A stretch of DNA of 60,401 bases, the filler included. It is 4 parts of 4 records of this genome, joined end to end, with 100 filler letters (N's around TTAATTAATTAA, not from the genome) between each part and the next. Parts side by side here need not be neighbours in the genome. Positions count along the whole stretch, not along the records: positions 47,487 to 54,940 come from SRR20825019_502; positions 55,041 to 60,401 come from SRR20825019_506; 2 more parts are not named here. One strand, 5' to 3'. This document shows positions 47,487-56,601 of the stretch, one piece after another; positions within the stretch are counted from its first letter, which is position 1, and the number at the start of each line of letters is the position of its first letter. The translations under genes were made by a program, and so were the position numbers. The notes under the pieces were generated by a model. The model saw only the letters and a program-made list of their open reading frames with translations, had not been told where the DNA came from and did no database searches.

Positions 47487-48026
47487 GTCGATGATCCGCA
47501 GCAGGTGGCGTTCGTCTTTAAATGTGACGTCGGTCAGTTCCAGCTTGCCGTCGCGTTCGACAAAAATCTGTTGCGGGCCGTTGACCAGAATATCGTTGAC
47601 GGTGTCGTCTTTCAGCAGCGTTTCGAGCGGGCCAAGGCCTTTGACCTCGTCATAAAGCTCCTGCGCCAGGGTTTGCCGTTCGTTGCGGTTCAGGACGATG
47701 CTGCGCTCTTGCAGGAATTCAGTCGCAATGGCCCCGATTTCATGGCGCAGATCCTGTTCGGACGCGGTTTCCAAGGCGGCCAGGTTCAGGCTGTCCAGAA
47801 GGGCGCGGTGCACTTCCAGCTTGATCTCGCCCATGCGTTCCTTGCGTTTGCGTTCCTTTTCAACCGGGGCTGCGGTCGCAGCCACCATGTTGGTGCGACG
47901 GGCGACGCGGGTTGGGTCCGGTTTGACCGACGGGTTTGGGATCTGCATGACCTTGGCAGCCGGAGCCGCCTTGGGAGCAGGCGCGGCGGGCGCTGTTGAC
48001 GCGGCTTTTTTATACTTGGAAAACAT
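47487..48026 (-). CDS. cpaF: Tad pilus ATPase CpaF/TadA (3' truncated)
   Basis: GLGPLETLLKDDTVNDILVNGP; follows cpaE. Confidence 0.92.
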
Positions 48027-48046
48027 GGGCTTCCCCCGGTTGCAGA

Positions 48047-49288
48047 TCAGGCCGCCTTGGCTTGGTCGGATTTTGTTTCATGAATGGACGCTGCCAGTTT
48101 GGCGATTTCGCGGCGCAGCGGGTTTTTGGGTGCGGAGGTGGCCAGAGGCAGGCCGTGGTCGGCCCCTTGGGTGATCGGCTTGCCGCCATCGGGCAGCGAG
48201 ACCTCGATTGCCACCTCAAGGCTTTCAGCCATGCGTTTCACCCGGCCCTTGCCGCTGATGTCTGTGAACTTCGGTGCGCGGTTCAGCACATAGCGCAGCT
48301 TTTCTGCGGGCAGTTCTTCGGACATCAACGCACGTTTGAAGCGCAATGTGTTTTGCGCGGACCGCATGTCCTGCTCAAGAGTGACGAAATAGATATGCGC
48401 CGCGTGCAACACGGTTTCAGTCCATTGCACCAGTGTCGAAGGCATATCGACGACAACATAGTCGAAATGGCTGCGCGCCATTTCGATCACGCGGCTGATG
48501 TCTTCGGGGGTGACCAGGTCCAGCGGCAGCATGTCGGCAGGTGCCGTCAGCACGTGCAGCTTTTCGTTGAAGGTCAGCAACGACTGGCCAAAGGTTTCGT
48601 CGTCCATGTTTTCGGTGTCCGACATCATTTCATAGACCGCCTCGCGACGGGCCAGATCCAGGTAGGTCGACACCGACCCGAATTGCAGGTCCAGATCCAG
48701 CAGGCAGACGGTCGGCGGCGTTTCACCCTTTTTGTTCAGGATCGCCAATTCCCACGCCAGATTGGTCGCCAGCGTCGTGGCACCAGTCCCGCCGGCAATG
48801 CCGTGCACCACGATCACCGCGCCATCCTTGCTGGTACCGGCGCGCAGGGCAGGTGTGTTGGATTCGATTTTTTCCGGCTCGCTCGGAGATTGAATGCGCT
48901 GGATGGCCAGGTTCAACTCGCCTTCGGGCAGCGGGTAGGGGATGAACTCGTCCGCACCCTGACGCAGCAGCGAATGCAGCGAAGCGGGTGTGACGTCCTC
49001 GGCGATCAGGATCACCTTGATCTTGCGCGCCTTGGCCTGTGTGATGACCTCGCTCATCAAGACAAGATTTTCTTCGTCCTCTTGGTCCATCGCCAGGGCG
49101 ATAAACTCCAAGGCCTCGGCTTCGGGTTGTCCGAAAAACGCCAGCGCCTCGACAAAACCCAGATCACCCCAAGCCTCGCCCAGAGTGGTTTCCATATCCT
49201 CGATCAGCAGGTCGAAATTCTGCACGTCGCGGCTGACGGTGCAGGCGACGATCGGGGCGGTTTCTGGTTGTGGCATGACGCTGCTCAT
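48047..49288 (-). CDS. cpaE: Pilus assembly protein CpaE/TadZ
   Basis: Atypical receiver domain plus MinD-like GGTGATTLATNLA, LDLDLQFG. Confidence 0.9.
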   Translation of the reverse strand: MSSVMPQPETAPIVACTVSRDVQNFDLLIEDMETTLGEAWGDLGFVEALAFFGQPEAEALEFIALAMDQEDEENLVLMSEVITQAKARKIKVILIAEDVTPASLHSLLRQGADEFIPYPLPEGELNLAIQRIQSPSEPEKIESNTPALRAGTSKDGAVIVVHGIAGGTGATTLATNLAWELAILNKKGETPPTVCLLDLDLQFGSVSTYLDLARREAVYEMMSDTENMDDETFGQSLLTFNEKLHVLTAPADMLPLDLVTPEDISRVIEMARSHFDYVVVDMPSTLVQWTETVLHAAHIYFVTLEQDMRSAQNTLRFKRALMSEELPAEKLRYVLNRAPKFTDISGKGRVKRMAESLEVAIEVSLPDGGKPITQGADHGLPLATSAPKNPLRREIAKLAASIHETKSDQAKAA

Positions 49289-49492
49289 TACCTATCTTCC
49301 TCGTTCCAAAGGGTAGGCAGGTAAAGCCAGGGCGTTGTCTTTGGCCCGTATCTATCCCACCGTGCCTGAGTCGGGTGCAATGCACCGAACACAGTTGTCC
49401 CACTGAAGGTAAATTCGCAGCTAATCTGGGCAGGAATGGGGCCAAAACGGCCCAATTGTTAGGAATCGCGGAACTATAGGCGCGCGTTGCGC

Positions 49493-50155
49493 TTATTGTT
49501 CAGTGCGCAAATCGGACCCTCTGATGCCTTCCAATTGGCTGGGTGGCACAGCGGATGCGATGTAGTCGCGGTAGATGATTTCAGCATATTTGCCGTCCAG
49601 CACCTGAGGATGACGCGCCACGAAACCGGACACTTCGGTCACGGTGCGACGGTTGCGCCGTTCGCGGCCCTGGGTCACGATCAGCGGCTGGGTCTCGCCA
49701 AAGGAGGCGACAGCTTCGAGGCGTGACCGGGAAATGCCCAACGAGGTCAGATAGCGCACGACCGAATTTGCACGTGCCAGACCCAGACGGCGGTTATAGG
49801 CCGCCGAACCGACGGCATCAGTGTGCCCGTAAACGCGGAAGCGGATTTCGGGGAACTGCCGGATCCAGTCTGCCTGTTGTCGCAGGATGGCCTGCGCGTT
49901 CGCGTCCAGTTGTGAGCTGTTGAAGGCGAAGGTGACCATCGAAGTGATCTCGGTCGCAAAGCGATTGGCCAGATCGACCGTGTACTGGCGTTCGCCGTTC
50001 ATGACCTGGATGTTGTTGTTCGTCGCGGTCCCAAAGGAGCCGTTGTCCACGGTCGATCCTGCCTCGCGGTAGAACTGCGTATATACGGGGTCTGTGGAGG
50101 TACAAGCGGCGAGGGTGGCCACAAAAACCAGAGCTGAAACTGATTGTTTTTTCAT
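49493..50155 (-). CDS. OmpA-family lipoprotein of the Tad locus
   Basis: Lipobox LAAC, GHTD..GS..YN..LG..RA, RNRR. Confidence 0.9.
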   Translation of the reverse strand: MKKQSVSALVFVATLAACTSTDPVYTQFYREAGSTVDNGSFGTATNNNIQVMNGERQYTVDLANRFATEITSMVTFAFNSSQLDANAQAILRQQADWIRQFPEIRFRVYGHTDAVGSAAYNRRLGLARANSVVRYLTSLGISRSRLEAVASFGETQPLIVTQGRERRNRRTVTEVSGFVARHPQVLDGKYAEIIYRDYIASAVPPSQLEGIRGSDLRTEQ

Positions 50156-50177
50156 GATATTCTGGCCTCGCATCGCC

Positions 50178-51611
50178 TTAATCCATCACATAGCCGTAGG
50201 AGCCGCTGAAATCCTGCTTGGCCACTTCGCCAGCGGCACCTTTCTTAGGTGTCCGCGTTCCGGCAGCCACGCGGCCGTTCAGGAACAGGTCTTTTTCAGT
50301 CGGTGCAAGAACGCGATCAGTCGGCAAGGCCAGCGCTTCGCCACGTGTCGGCGTCACCAGATGTGCGGTGATGATGATCACCAACTCGGTTTGCTGACGT
50401 TGATACGAGGCCGAGCGGAAGAGTGCGCCCAGTACCGGCACATCCCCAAGCCAGGGCAGTTGAGAGTTGTTGTCGGTAAAGTCGTCCTGCAACAGTCCCG
50501 CAATCGCAAAGCTTTCGCCGTCGCGCATCTCGACTGTGGTCGAGGTTTCGCGGCGCGAGAATGCGTCGATTTCGAAACCGTTCACGGAAAAGCCGTTGGT
50601 CGGGTCAATCGCCGACACGGCCGCTTCCAGCTCAAGGTTAATCAGATCCTTGTCCACCACACGGGGGATAAAGTTCAATTCGATGCCGAAAGGTTTGTAT
50701 TCGACGGTGATGGCGCCGTTGTCCTGGCTGACCGGAACGGGATATTCGCCACCGGCGAGGAATTTCGCCTCCTGGCCAGAAAGCGCCACAAGGTTGGGCT
50801 CGGCCAGCGTGCGAACAACGCCTTTTGTTTCAAGAGCTTCCAGCAGGATGCCGACCTGGGTCGAACCTGCGTTAAAGCCGAACAGGATGGCGCCCGCGTT
50901 GGTGTTCGTGCCCGGAATGTTGCCGCCCAACGATCCCGTGACGGCGCCGGAGGTATTGGTTGTGCCGGTCCCGCCGTTAAGCCCCAGATCGCCGCCCAAC
51001 GTGCTGCCGTTCAAGGCCAGCGATGAGCTGAGAGATTTCGATACCGACCGCTGCATTTCGGCAAAGCGGACTTTGAGCATGACTTGCTGCACGCCACCGA
51101 CGCTCATCAGGTTGGACACCCGTTCGGGGGCATAGCGCGACGCCAGATCCAGTGCGCGTTGCAGCCGCGCGGTCGAGGACACGGTGCCCGAAAGCACGAT
51201 GCCGTCGTTGGCGGTACGCACTTCGATGTTCTCGCCGGGCAGAATCTGCCGCAGGCGTTCCTTGAACTCCGAGATGTCGGCGGCGACACGCACATCGACG
51301 TTGGTGATCAGGCGTCCCGAGGCGTCCAGCAGCGTCAGCGTGGTCAGCCCCGGCGATTTGCCCAGAACGTAAATGGTGCGGTCGGACAGCGACGAAATGT
51401 CGGCGATGGCCGGGTTGGCGATGCTGAGTTCCGAAAAGGGAATGTCGCTTTCAACAACAACGGCGCGGTTCATCGGGACGTTCAGCGTGCTGGCCGTGCC
51501 CTTTTTGACCACGCGCAACGTGTCAGCCTGTGCAGAATAGGTCAGCGCCAGCGGTGCAGCCGCCAGCGTAAGGCCCACGAGGGCCGCCTTGAGAAATCTG
51601 TTCAATGTCAT
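50178..51611 (-). CDS. cpaC: Tad secretin CpaC/RcpA
   Basis: LAEPNL..LSG..A.FLAGGEYP, PWLGDVPVLGALF. Confidence 0.95.
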   Translation of the reverse strand: MTLNRFLKAALVGLTLAAAPLALTYSAQADTLRVVKKGTASTLNVPMNRAVVVESDIPFSELSIANPAIADISSLSDRTIYVLGKSPGLTTLTLLDASGRLITNVDVRVAADISEFKERLRQILPGENIEVRTANDGIVLSGTVSSTARLQRALDLASRYAPERVSNLMSVGGVQQVMLKVRFAEMQRSVSKSLSSSLALNGSTLGGDLGLNGGTGTTNTSGAVTGSLGGNIPGTNTNAGAILFGFNAGSTQVGILLEALETKGVVRTLAEPNLVALSGQEAKFLAGGEYPVPVSQDNGAITVEYKPFGIELNFIPRVVDKDLINLELEAAVSAIDPTNGFSVNGFEIDAFSRRETSTTVEMRDGESFAIAGLLQDDFTDNNSQLPWLGDVPVLGALFRSASYQRQQTELVIIITAHLVTPTRGEALALPTDRVLAPTEKDLFLNGRVAAGTRTPKKGAAGEVAKQDFSGSYGYVMD

Positions 51612-51815
51612 TGTGACCTGCCCTTTTGATCACGCCTGGATAGGGTCTTGGTGCCCTGAATTGCATGAACCATGCGCCAGTTTGCTTTTTTATGCAAGAA
51701 TCAACGCCTTCGCGCCTTTGGTTTATGTGGATAAGTGGCAACAGAGCCAGACATGCCCAAGGCCGCCTTTTGCGGGCGGCCTTGGGTAAGATAATGAAAT
51801 CACGTCGCTTTGAGG

Positions 51816-52673
51816 TCAGTTGGTGCAGGGAATCGGGATCTCGACCACTTCGGCTCCGCGACGGGTTTTGATCGTGCAGACCTGTGCTGCTTTCACTTCC
51901 GCGACGGCTTCCTTGGTTTCGATGCCCAGCAATGTGCGCTGGTCGATCTCGATCGCACCGGCAACCGTGTCATCATCCGCACCCACCAGGGACAGCGCCA
52001 GCCGACCTGTGGATTGAGCCTGAGCCAGGGCTGCGACCTGTGCCGGTTTGACGGCAACGGTCACGGTCTGTGCGATCACCGCGCCATCCAGATCACCGGT
52101 GGCGGATTGGTCGATGGCGATCAGCTTGACGCCTGCCTCGATCAGCTTGGTCACATCGCCACTGTCCGAGGACAACTCACGGCCGACCTGGCCTGTCCAA
52201 TACACGTCAACCCGGTCGCCGGGGCGCAGGAAACCGGACACACCGCTGGCCACGTCCACCTTGATGGCAAAGGCGCGCATCCCGCGTTCCAGGCGCGATG
52301 TCAGACCTGCTTCTTCGCCCGGCCCGGTCACCTTGATCGAAAGAATGGCCTCGTCCTTTTCCATGGCGCGCAAAACGACGCGCTGGTTGGGCTGGCCTTC
52401 GGGCCACAGGACATTGTCGCTGGTGAAGGCACCTTCGGGAATGGCATTGACGGGCCAGTTGACCATGCGCACGTCTTCTGCGGTGAATTGCTCGCCGTAT
52501 TTCAGTTGGCGGTTGGCAACGTAAACTTCGACAGTGGGCACAACTTTGGCGCGTGCCGCCCGTTCTTTGGCCAACTCATGTTGATAGGCCCCGATGTAGT
52601 TTTTGGCCATGTAGACGGCGCCACCCGCAAGGGCAAAGCCAACAATCAGGACCAGTCCAAATACAGCACGCAT
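51816..52673 (-). CDS. cpaB: Flp pilus assembly protein CpaB/RcpC
   Basis: SAF domain, GMRAFAI.V...SGVSGFLRPGDRVDV. Confidence 0.95.
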   Translation of the reverse strand: MRAVFGLVLIVGFALAGGAVYMAKNYIGAYQHELAKERAARAKVVPTVEVYVANRQLKYGEQFTAEDVRMVNWPVNAIPEGAFTSDNVLWPEGQPNQRVVLRAMEKDEAILSIKVTGPGEEAGLTSRLERGMRAFAIKVDVASGVSGFLRPGDRVDVYWTGQVGRELSSDSGDVTKLIEAGVKLIAIDQSATGDLDGAVIAQTVTVAVKPAQVAALAQAQSTGRLALSLVGADDDTVAGAIEIDQRTLLGIETKEAVAEVKAAQVCTIKTRRGAEVVEIPIPCTN

Positions 52674-52896
52674 TTGAGTACCTCTAGCTTGATGTGGTGC
52701 GCCCCGGTGTCTGGTGCGCTTGGGTTTCGCCGTCCCTGCTATCGCAACAATGTGGCGAAAACGGGGATTGTGGGTGGCTTGGTTGCGACAATTGAATCGA
52801 TCTGATCCAAGGTCGAAACGCCGCGTCTGGTGTCAGGCGCGGCGCTTTCGATGTGACGAGCTTGGGCGTCTGTTTTTAGAAGCCAGAAGCAATTCG

Positions 52897-53073
52897 TTAA
52901 AAAGTCCAATTTTTCAAAAAGGCTTCGGTGCCTGCGGAAACGCCCACCGCCCCGTTTTTGAGTGCCAGTACGATGGCGACGGCCAGTCCGACAACGGCAG
53001 CGGTCAAAACGACCCAGTCAACCGTGACGGCACCGTTTTCATCGGAACGGATGCTGTTGATCATTTTGCGCAT
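52897..53073 (-). CDS. Flp pilin (second copy)
   Basis: 58 aa, DENG|AVTVDWVVLTAAVVGLA. Confidence 0.85.
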   Translation of the reverse strand: MRKMINSIRSDENGAVTVDWVVLTAAVVGLAVAIVLALKNGAVGVSAGTEAFLKNWTF

Positions 53074-53124
53074 AGAAATAACCTTGTTATTCGTTGCATG
53101 AAATTTTGCCGGAAGGGCAGATGC

Positions 53125-53158
53125 AAAAGGCCGCGCCCTGCGTGCAGGACGCGGCCTT
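53125..53158 (-). terminator. Terminator between the two pilin genes
   Basis: Minus-strand AAGGCCGCGTCCTGC/GCAGGGCGCGGCCTTTT hairpin. Confidence 0.75.
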
Positions 53159-53193
53159 AGCGTCATCTAACCTAAGCGGTCAGACTGAACCTA

Positions 53194-53385
53194 TTACAGG
53201 TTGGGGTCTTGCTTGCCGAGGAATGTGTTGGTGTCTGCTGTCAGATCCGACGCGCCGGTTTCGATCGACGTATAGGCGGCGACGGCCAGGCCAACAACGG
53301 CGGCGGTCAGCACAACCCAGTCAACAGTCACGGCACCAGCTTCGTTTGCGCGGAAGTTCTTGAAGAAGTTTGTCAGTTTTGTCAT
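53194..53385 (-). CDS. Flp pilin (probable major pilin)
   Basis: 63 aa, GGAGGG RBS, NEAG|AVTVDWVVLTAAVVGLA. Confidence 0.9.
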   Translation of the reverse strand: MTKLTNFFKNFRANEAGAVTVDWVVLTAAVVGLAVAAYTSIETGASDLTADTNTFLGKQDPNL

Positions 53386-53752
53386 CGTAGTGTCCCTCCA
53401 AAGGATCAGTTTGTTTGTGTTAACCTTGCCTGCACTGTGTGGGCCGCTCTCTCTATTGGCCCGTGTTCGACTTGGTATGACGTTATATAGCTGCCTGAAT
53501 GGGGCGCGAATTGGGCGTGAAATTGGATTAAATAAGTTTTTCAAGGGTAGCGTGGAAACAATCCCCTAACCCATTGGAAGATAAAGAAATTGCGCGTGAA
53601 CTAATTTGCCGGAGCGGTTTTGTGTGATCCAAATCCTACAGAATGTGGCGGTTTGGCCATGTTTGGGGGTCGATTTTCTGGTTTGCGATCCGGTTTTCTG
53701 CAAGGATACGCAAAATAATCAACAATAGCCGGACACGAGAGCAGGTCCCGAG

Positions 53753-54547
53753 ATGCGATTTTTTGTGATTTCCCTGTTGGGGGCGGCTTTGGCCTGCGCG
53801 CCTGCGTGGTCAGAATCGCCTGCACCCTTTCCTGATTTCAAGGCCAAGCGGGTGAAACCGCCCGCCGCAGGAACGAAAAAGCGGATCACGATCCAGATCG
53901 ACCCGACCGAAGTTGCCGTTGTCACCCCCAAACCCCCAGCCACTCCCAAAGCGCCGCGGGCGGCCAATGGCTCTTATGACTGGTTCTGGGAGAAAATCTC
54001 GCCCGATCTGGCACAGGCGGGGCCGGGGCGGCTGGATGACGCCATGGCCGCCATCAGCGCCGGTGGCGTGGCGGCGCCGCGTTTGCAGCAGATGCAGGGG
54101 ATTGCGCAGGCGCAAGGTGTCGAGATCCTGAAATCCACCATCGGCACGCGGGTGTCGCCTGCGCTGGTGCTGGCCGTGATGACCGTGGAAAGTGCGGGCA
54201 AACCGGATGCGGTCAGCCGTGCAGGGGCGCAGGGGTTGATGCAATTGATGCCCGACACCGCCGCACGCTTTGGCGTTGCCGACAGTCTGGTTGCGGCCGA
54301 CAACATTCGCGGCGGTGTTCAATATCTGGACTGGCTGATGGGCAAGTTCGACCACGATCCGATTCTGGTGCTGGCGGGATACAACGCGGGCGAGGGATCG
54401 GTGCAGACCCACGCAGGGGTGCCGCCTTTTGCCGAGACCCGCGATTATGTGCCCAAGGTGCTGGCCGCCTTTCAAGTCGCGCGGGGCCTGTGTCTGACAC
54501 CGCCGCAACTGATCAGCGACGGATGTGTCTTTGCGGCGATGAACTGA
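53753..54547 (+). CDS. Lytic transglycosylase (SLT domain)
   Basis: VES, GAQGLMQLMP, YNAGEG, ETRDYV. Confidence 0.95.
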   Translation: MRFFVISLLGAALACAPAWSESPAPFPDFKAKRVKPPAAGTKKRITIQIDPTEVAVVTPKPPATPKAPRAANGSYDWFWEKISPDLAQAGPGRLDDAMAAISAGGVAAPRLQQMQGIAQAQGVEILKSTIGTRVSPALVLAVMTVESAGKPDAVSRAGAQGLMQLMPDTAARFGVADSLVAADNIRGGVQYLDWLMGKFDHDPILVLAGYNAGEGSVQTHAGVPPFAETRDYVPKVLAAFQVARGLCLTPPQLISDGCVFAAMN

Positions 54548-54604
54548 TCGCAAATGCAAAAGGGGGCCGCAAAGGGCCCCCTTACTATATTATACAGCGC
54601 AGTC

Positions 54605-54940
54605 TCAGACGATTGTTGCCTCGGTCGCTGCGCGCAGTTCGTCCTCGCTCACGCCGTCGGCGCATTCGACGATCTTCAAACCGCCCTCGACCACGTCCAG
54701 AACGCCAAGGTTGGTGATGATGCGATCCACCACGCCCTTGCCGGTCAGCGGCAGGGTGCAATCCTTCAGCACCTTGGACTCACCGGCCTTGTTCTGGTGA
54801 TCCATGACCACGATCACGCGGCCTACGCCTGCGACCAGATCCATCGCGCCGCCCATGCCCTTGACCAGCTTGCCCGGAATCATCCAGTTCGCCAGATCGC
54901 CGTTCTCGGCCACTTCCATGGCACCCAGGATCGCCGCGGC
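54605..54940 (-). CDS. 3-oxoacid CoA-transferase subunit B (5' truncated)
   Basis: [29 protein letters not shown]. Confidence 0.93.
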   Translation of the reverse strand, partial: AAAILGAMEVAENGDLANWMIPGKLVKGMGGAMDLVAGVGRVIVVMDHQNKAGESKVLKDCTLPLTGKGVVDRIITNLGVLDVVEGGLKIVECADGVSEDELRAATEATIV

Positions 54941-55040
54941 NNNNNNNNNNNNNNNNNNNNNNNNNNNNNNNNNNNNNNNNNNNNTTAATTAATTAANNNN
55001 NNNNNNNNNNNNNNNNNNNNNNNNNNNNNNNNNNNNNNNN
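54941..55040. other. Artificial contig linker
   Basis: 44 N + TTAATTAATTAA + 44 N. Confidence 0.98.
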
Positions 55041-55082
55041 ATAATTAAATTTGAGGAATATACACCTTTTTGACTTCTGAGA

Positions 55083-55448
55083 CTACTCCATAATATAGGG
55101 ACTACCGTAGAGGCCTTTGACGCACCGTTTAAAGTAGTTACTGGGGGTGGTGCACAAATCGAAGTTGTAATTGTTCTCCTCCGCACATCGGGCAATCAGG
55201 CACGACATACCCGCGCATTGGTTGGGTGGATCCCCCACACCAGCTCCCTTTAGTTTCTTAGTGCAGCCCGTATCGCGCCACTTCTGTACACACACATCGA
55301 ATTGGTCCCCATAGCCATCGCACATCTCTGATATCCTCTTCGGCTCCCTAATGTGGCGTTGGGCACACTCCCTCCAACTGACAGCCTCGTCGAAGCAAAC
55401 TGAATCGTCGGTGCATACTTGACCCTCACATTTGGCGCCTTTTGACAT
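55083..55448 (-). CDS. Quadruple CX9C (double CHCH) protein, probable mitochondrial intermembrane space
   Basis: CFDEAVSWREC, CDGYGDQFDVC, CAGMSCLIARC, CTTPSNYFKRC. Confidence 0.8.
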   Translation of the reverse strand: MSKGAKCEGQVCTDDSVCFDEAVSWRECAQRHIREPKRISEMCDGYGDQFDVCVQKWRDTGCTKKLKGAGVGDPPNQCAGMSCLIARCAEENNYNFDLCTTPSNYFKRCVKGLYGSPYIME

Positions 55449-55622
55449 TGTTAGACTTTTAAGATGTTTAAACTTTCATTATACAAGTGGGAGAGTATGG
55501 GGAACGAGTTTCATAGCGTTTCAAAGATAATTTTCAAACAACAGAAATGGAAAACAGCAATGATGAAGTTTAATAAAAGGGACAATTTATTATATGAGCC
55601 AAGCAGCAGCAATCAAGGTCTC

Positions 55623-56018
55623 TTAATGTAAAATATATTCGCCACCGTAGAGCCCCTTCACGCACTGCTTGAAGTAAATACTAGGAGACGCGCACGCCTC
55701 AAAATCATAGTCATTTTCCTCCACACAGCGAGCAATCAGGCGTGACATCTCCACGCATTGGTTTGGTGGGTGTCCGCGGCGGATTCCTTTGAGCCTCTTG
55801 GAGCAGCCAGCATCGCGCCACTGTGTGATGCATACGTTGAATTGCTCTCCAAGGCCGTCACACATATGGGATATCCTCTTCGGCTCCCTGATGTGGCGTT
55901 GTGTGCACTCAGTCCAACTGACAGCCTCGTCGGCACAGACAGTGTTATCTGTACACACCTCCCCGTCTATTTTCGGGGTAGAGTTGTTTTTGGTAGTAGA
56001 GTTGGTGTTCGATGCCAT
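55623..56018 (-). CDS. Quadruple CX9C protein, tandem paralog
   Basis: CADEAVSWTEC, CDGLGEQFNVC, CVEMSRLIARC, CASPSIYFKQC; colinear with 55083-55448; start 56018 or 56117. Confidence 0.8.
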   Translation of the reverse strand: MASNTNSTTKNNSTPKIDGEVCTDNTVCADEAVSWTECTQRHIREPKRISHMCDGLGEQFNVCITQWRDAGCSKRLKGIRRGHPPNQCVEMSRLIARCVEENDYDFEACASPSIYFKQCVKGLYGGEYILH

Positions 56019-56218
56019 TTCTTTAAATTGTAATGGTCTTTGAGGTATTGGCCGAAGAAACTTTGACTGATTAGAAATATAATGAGGAGGGCAATAAGTA
56101 AGTAATTCCATGCTCACCTAAAGAATGTCCAATGTCAGTTTCAAACAGGTACTTATCAATGAAGATCTACATGAAAAGGTAACTTTACAGTGTTGTTGTT
56201 GGTGCTAGGAGCTTTTGC

Positions 56219-56401
56219 TTAACGACCGTCGCCCACTTGACGCTTCTGTGCCCGGATGGTGCCTATCTTCTCTGCCATGACAGTGAAGGGGTCAGCTGGT
56301 TTCGTTGTGGCCACATCCTGTAGAAGGGCATCGACTATGACAGCAAGGTTATGATGGCGGATGTATTGCTGCTGGCGCTGCATCTGTACGTTACTATTCA
56401 T
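56219..56401 (-). CDS. Small Dpy-30/RIIa-like docking-domain protein
   Basis: YIRHHNLAVIVDALLQDVATTKPADPFTVMAE fits the D/D helical motif with KP.DP. Confidence 0.65.
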   Translation of the reverse strand: MNSNVQMQRQQQYIRHHNLAVIVDALLQDVATTKPADPFTVMAEKIGTIRAQKRQVGDGR

Positions 56402-56601
56402 TATTCTAAAATATGTGTGTATATTTGTTGACTGTGGGCTCAGGAGGGGGAGGTAATACTAACATAAAGTTGGTTCTATTCATTTCTACAACATTGCAAC
56501 AATACACACCGACTTTTTTTGTCAAATTAAATAATTGTAAAGTTTACAACAAGCGAAAAAAATATTGAGTTGAAATGTATTTCTTGTGCATTCACCTCAC
56601 T

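Noticed and set aside
47996-49324. 442-aa plus-strand ORF, and similar ones at 50094-51026 and 51810-52805
   Set aside because: Antisense shadows of cpaE, cpaC and cpaB
52897-53385. Pilin motif VDW instead of canonical IEY as a novelty
   Set aside because: To my knowledge this is the usual form in Rhodobacteraceae Flp pilins
49405-53560. CtrA boxes in Tad promoters (e.g. TTAG-N7-TTTA upstream of cpaE, TTAT-N7-TCAA upstream of cpaC)
   Set aside because: Two mismatches each; plausible biologically but not supportable from sequence alone
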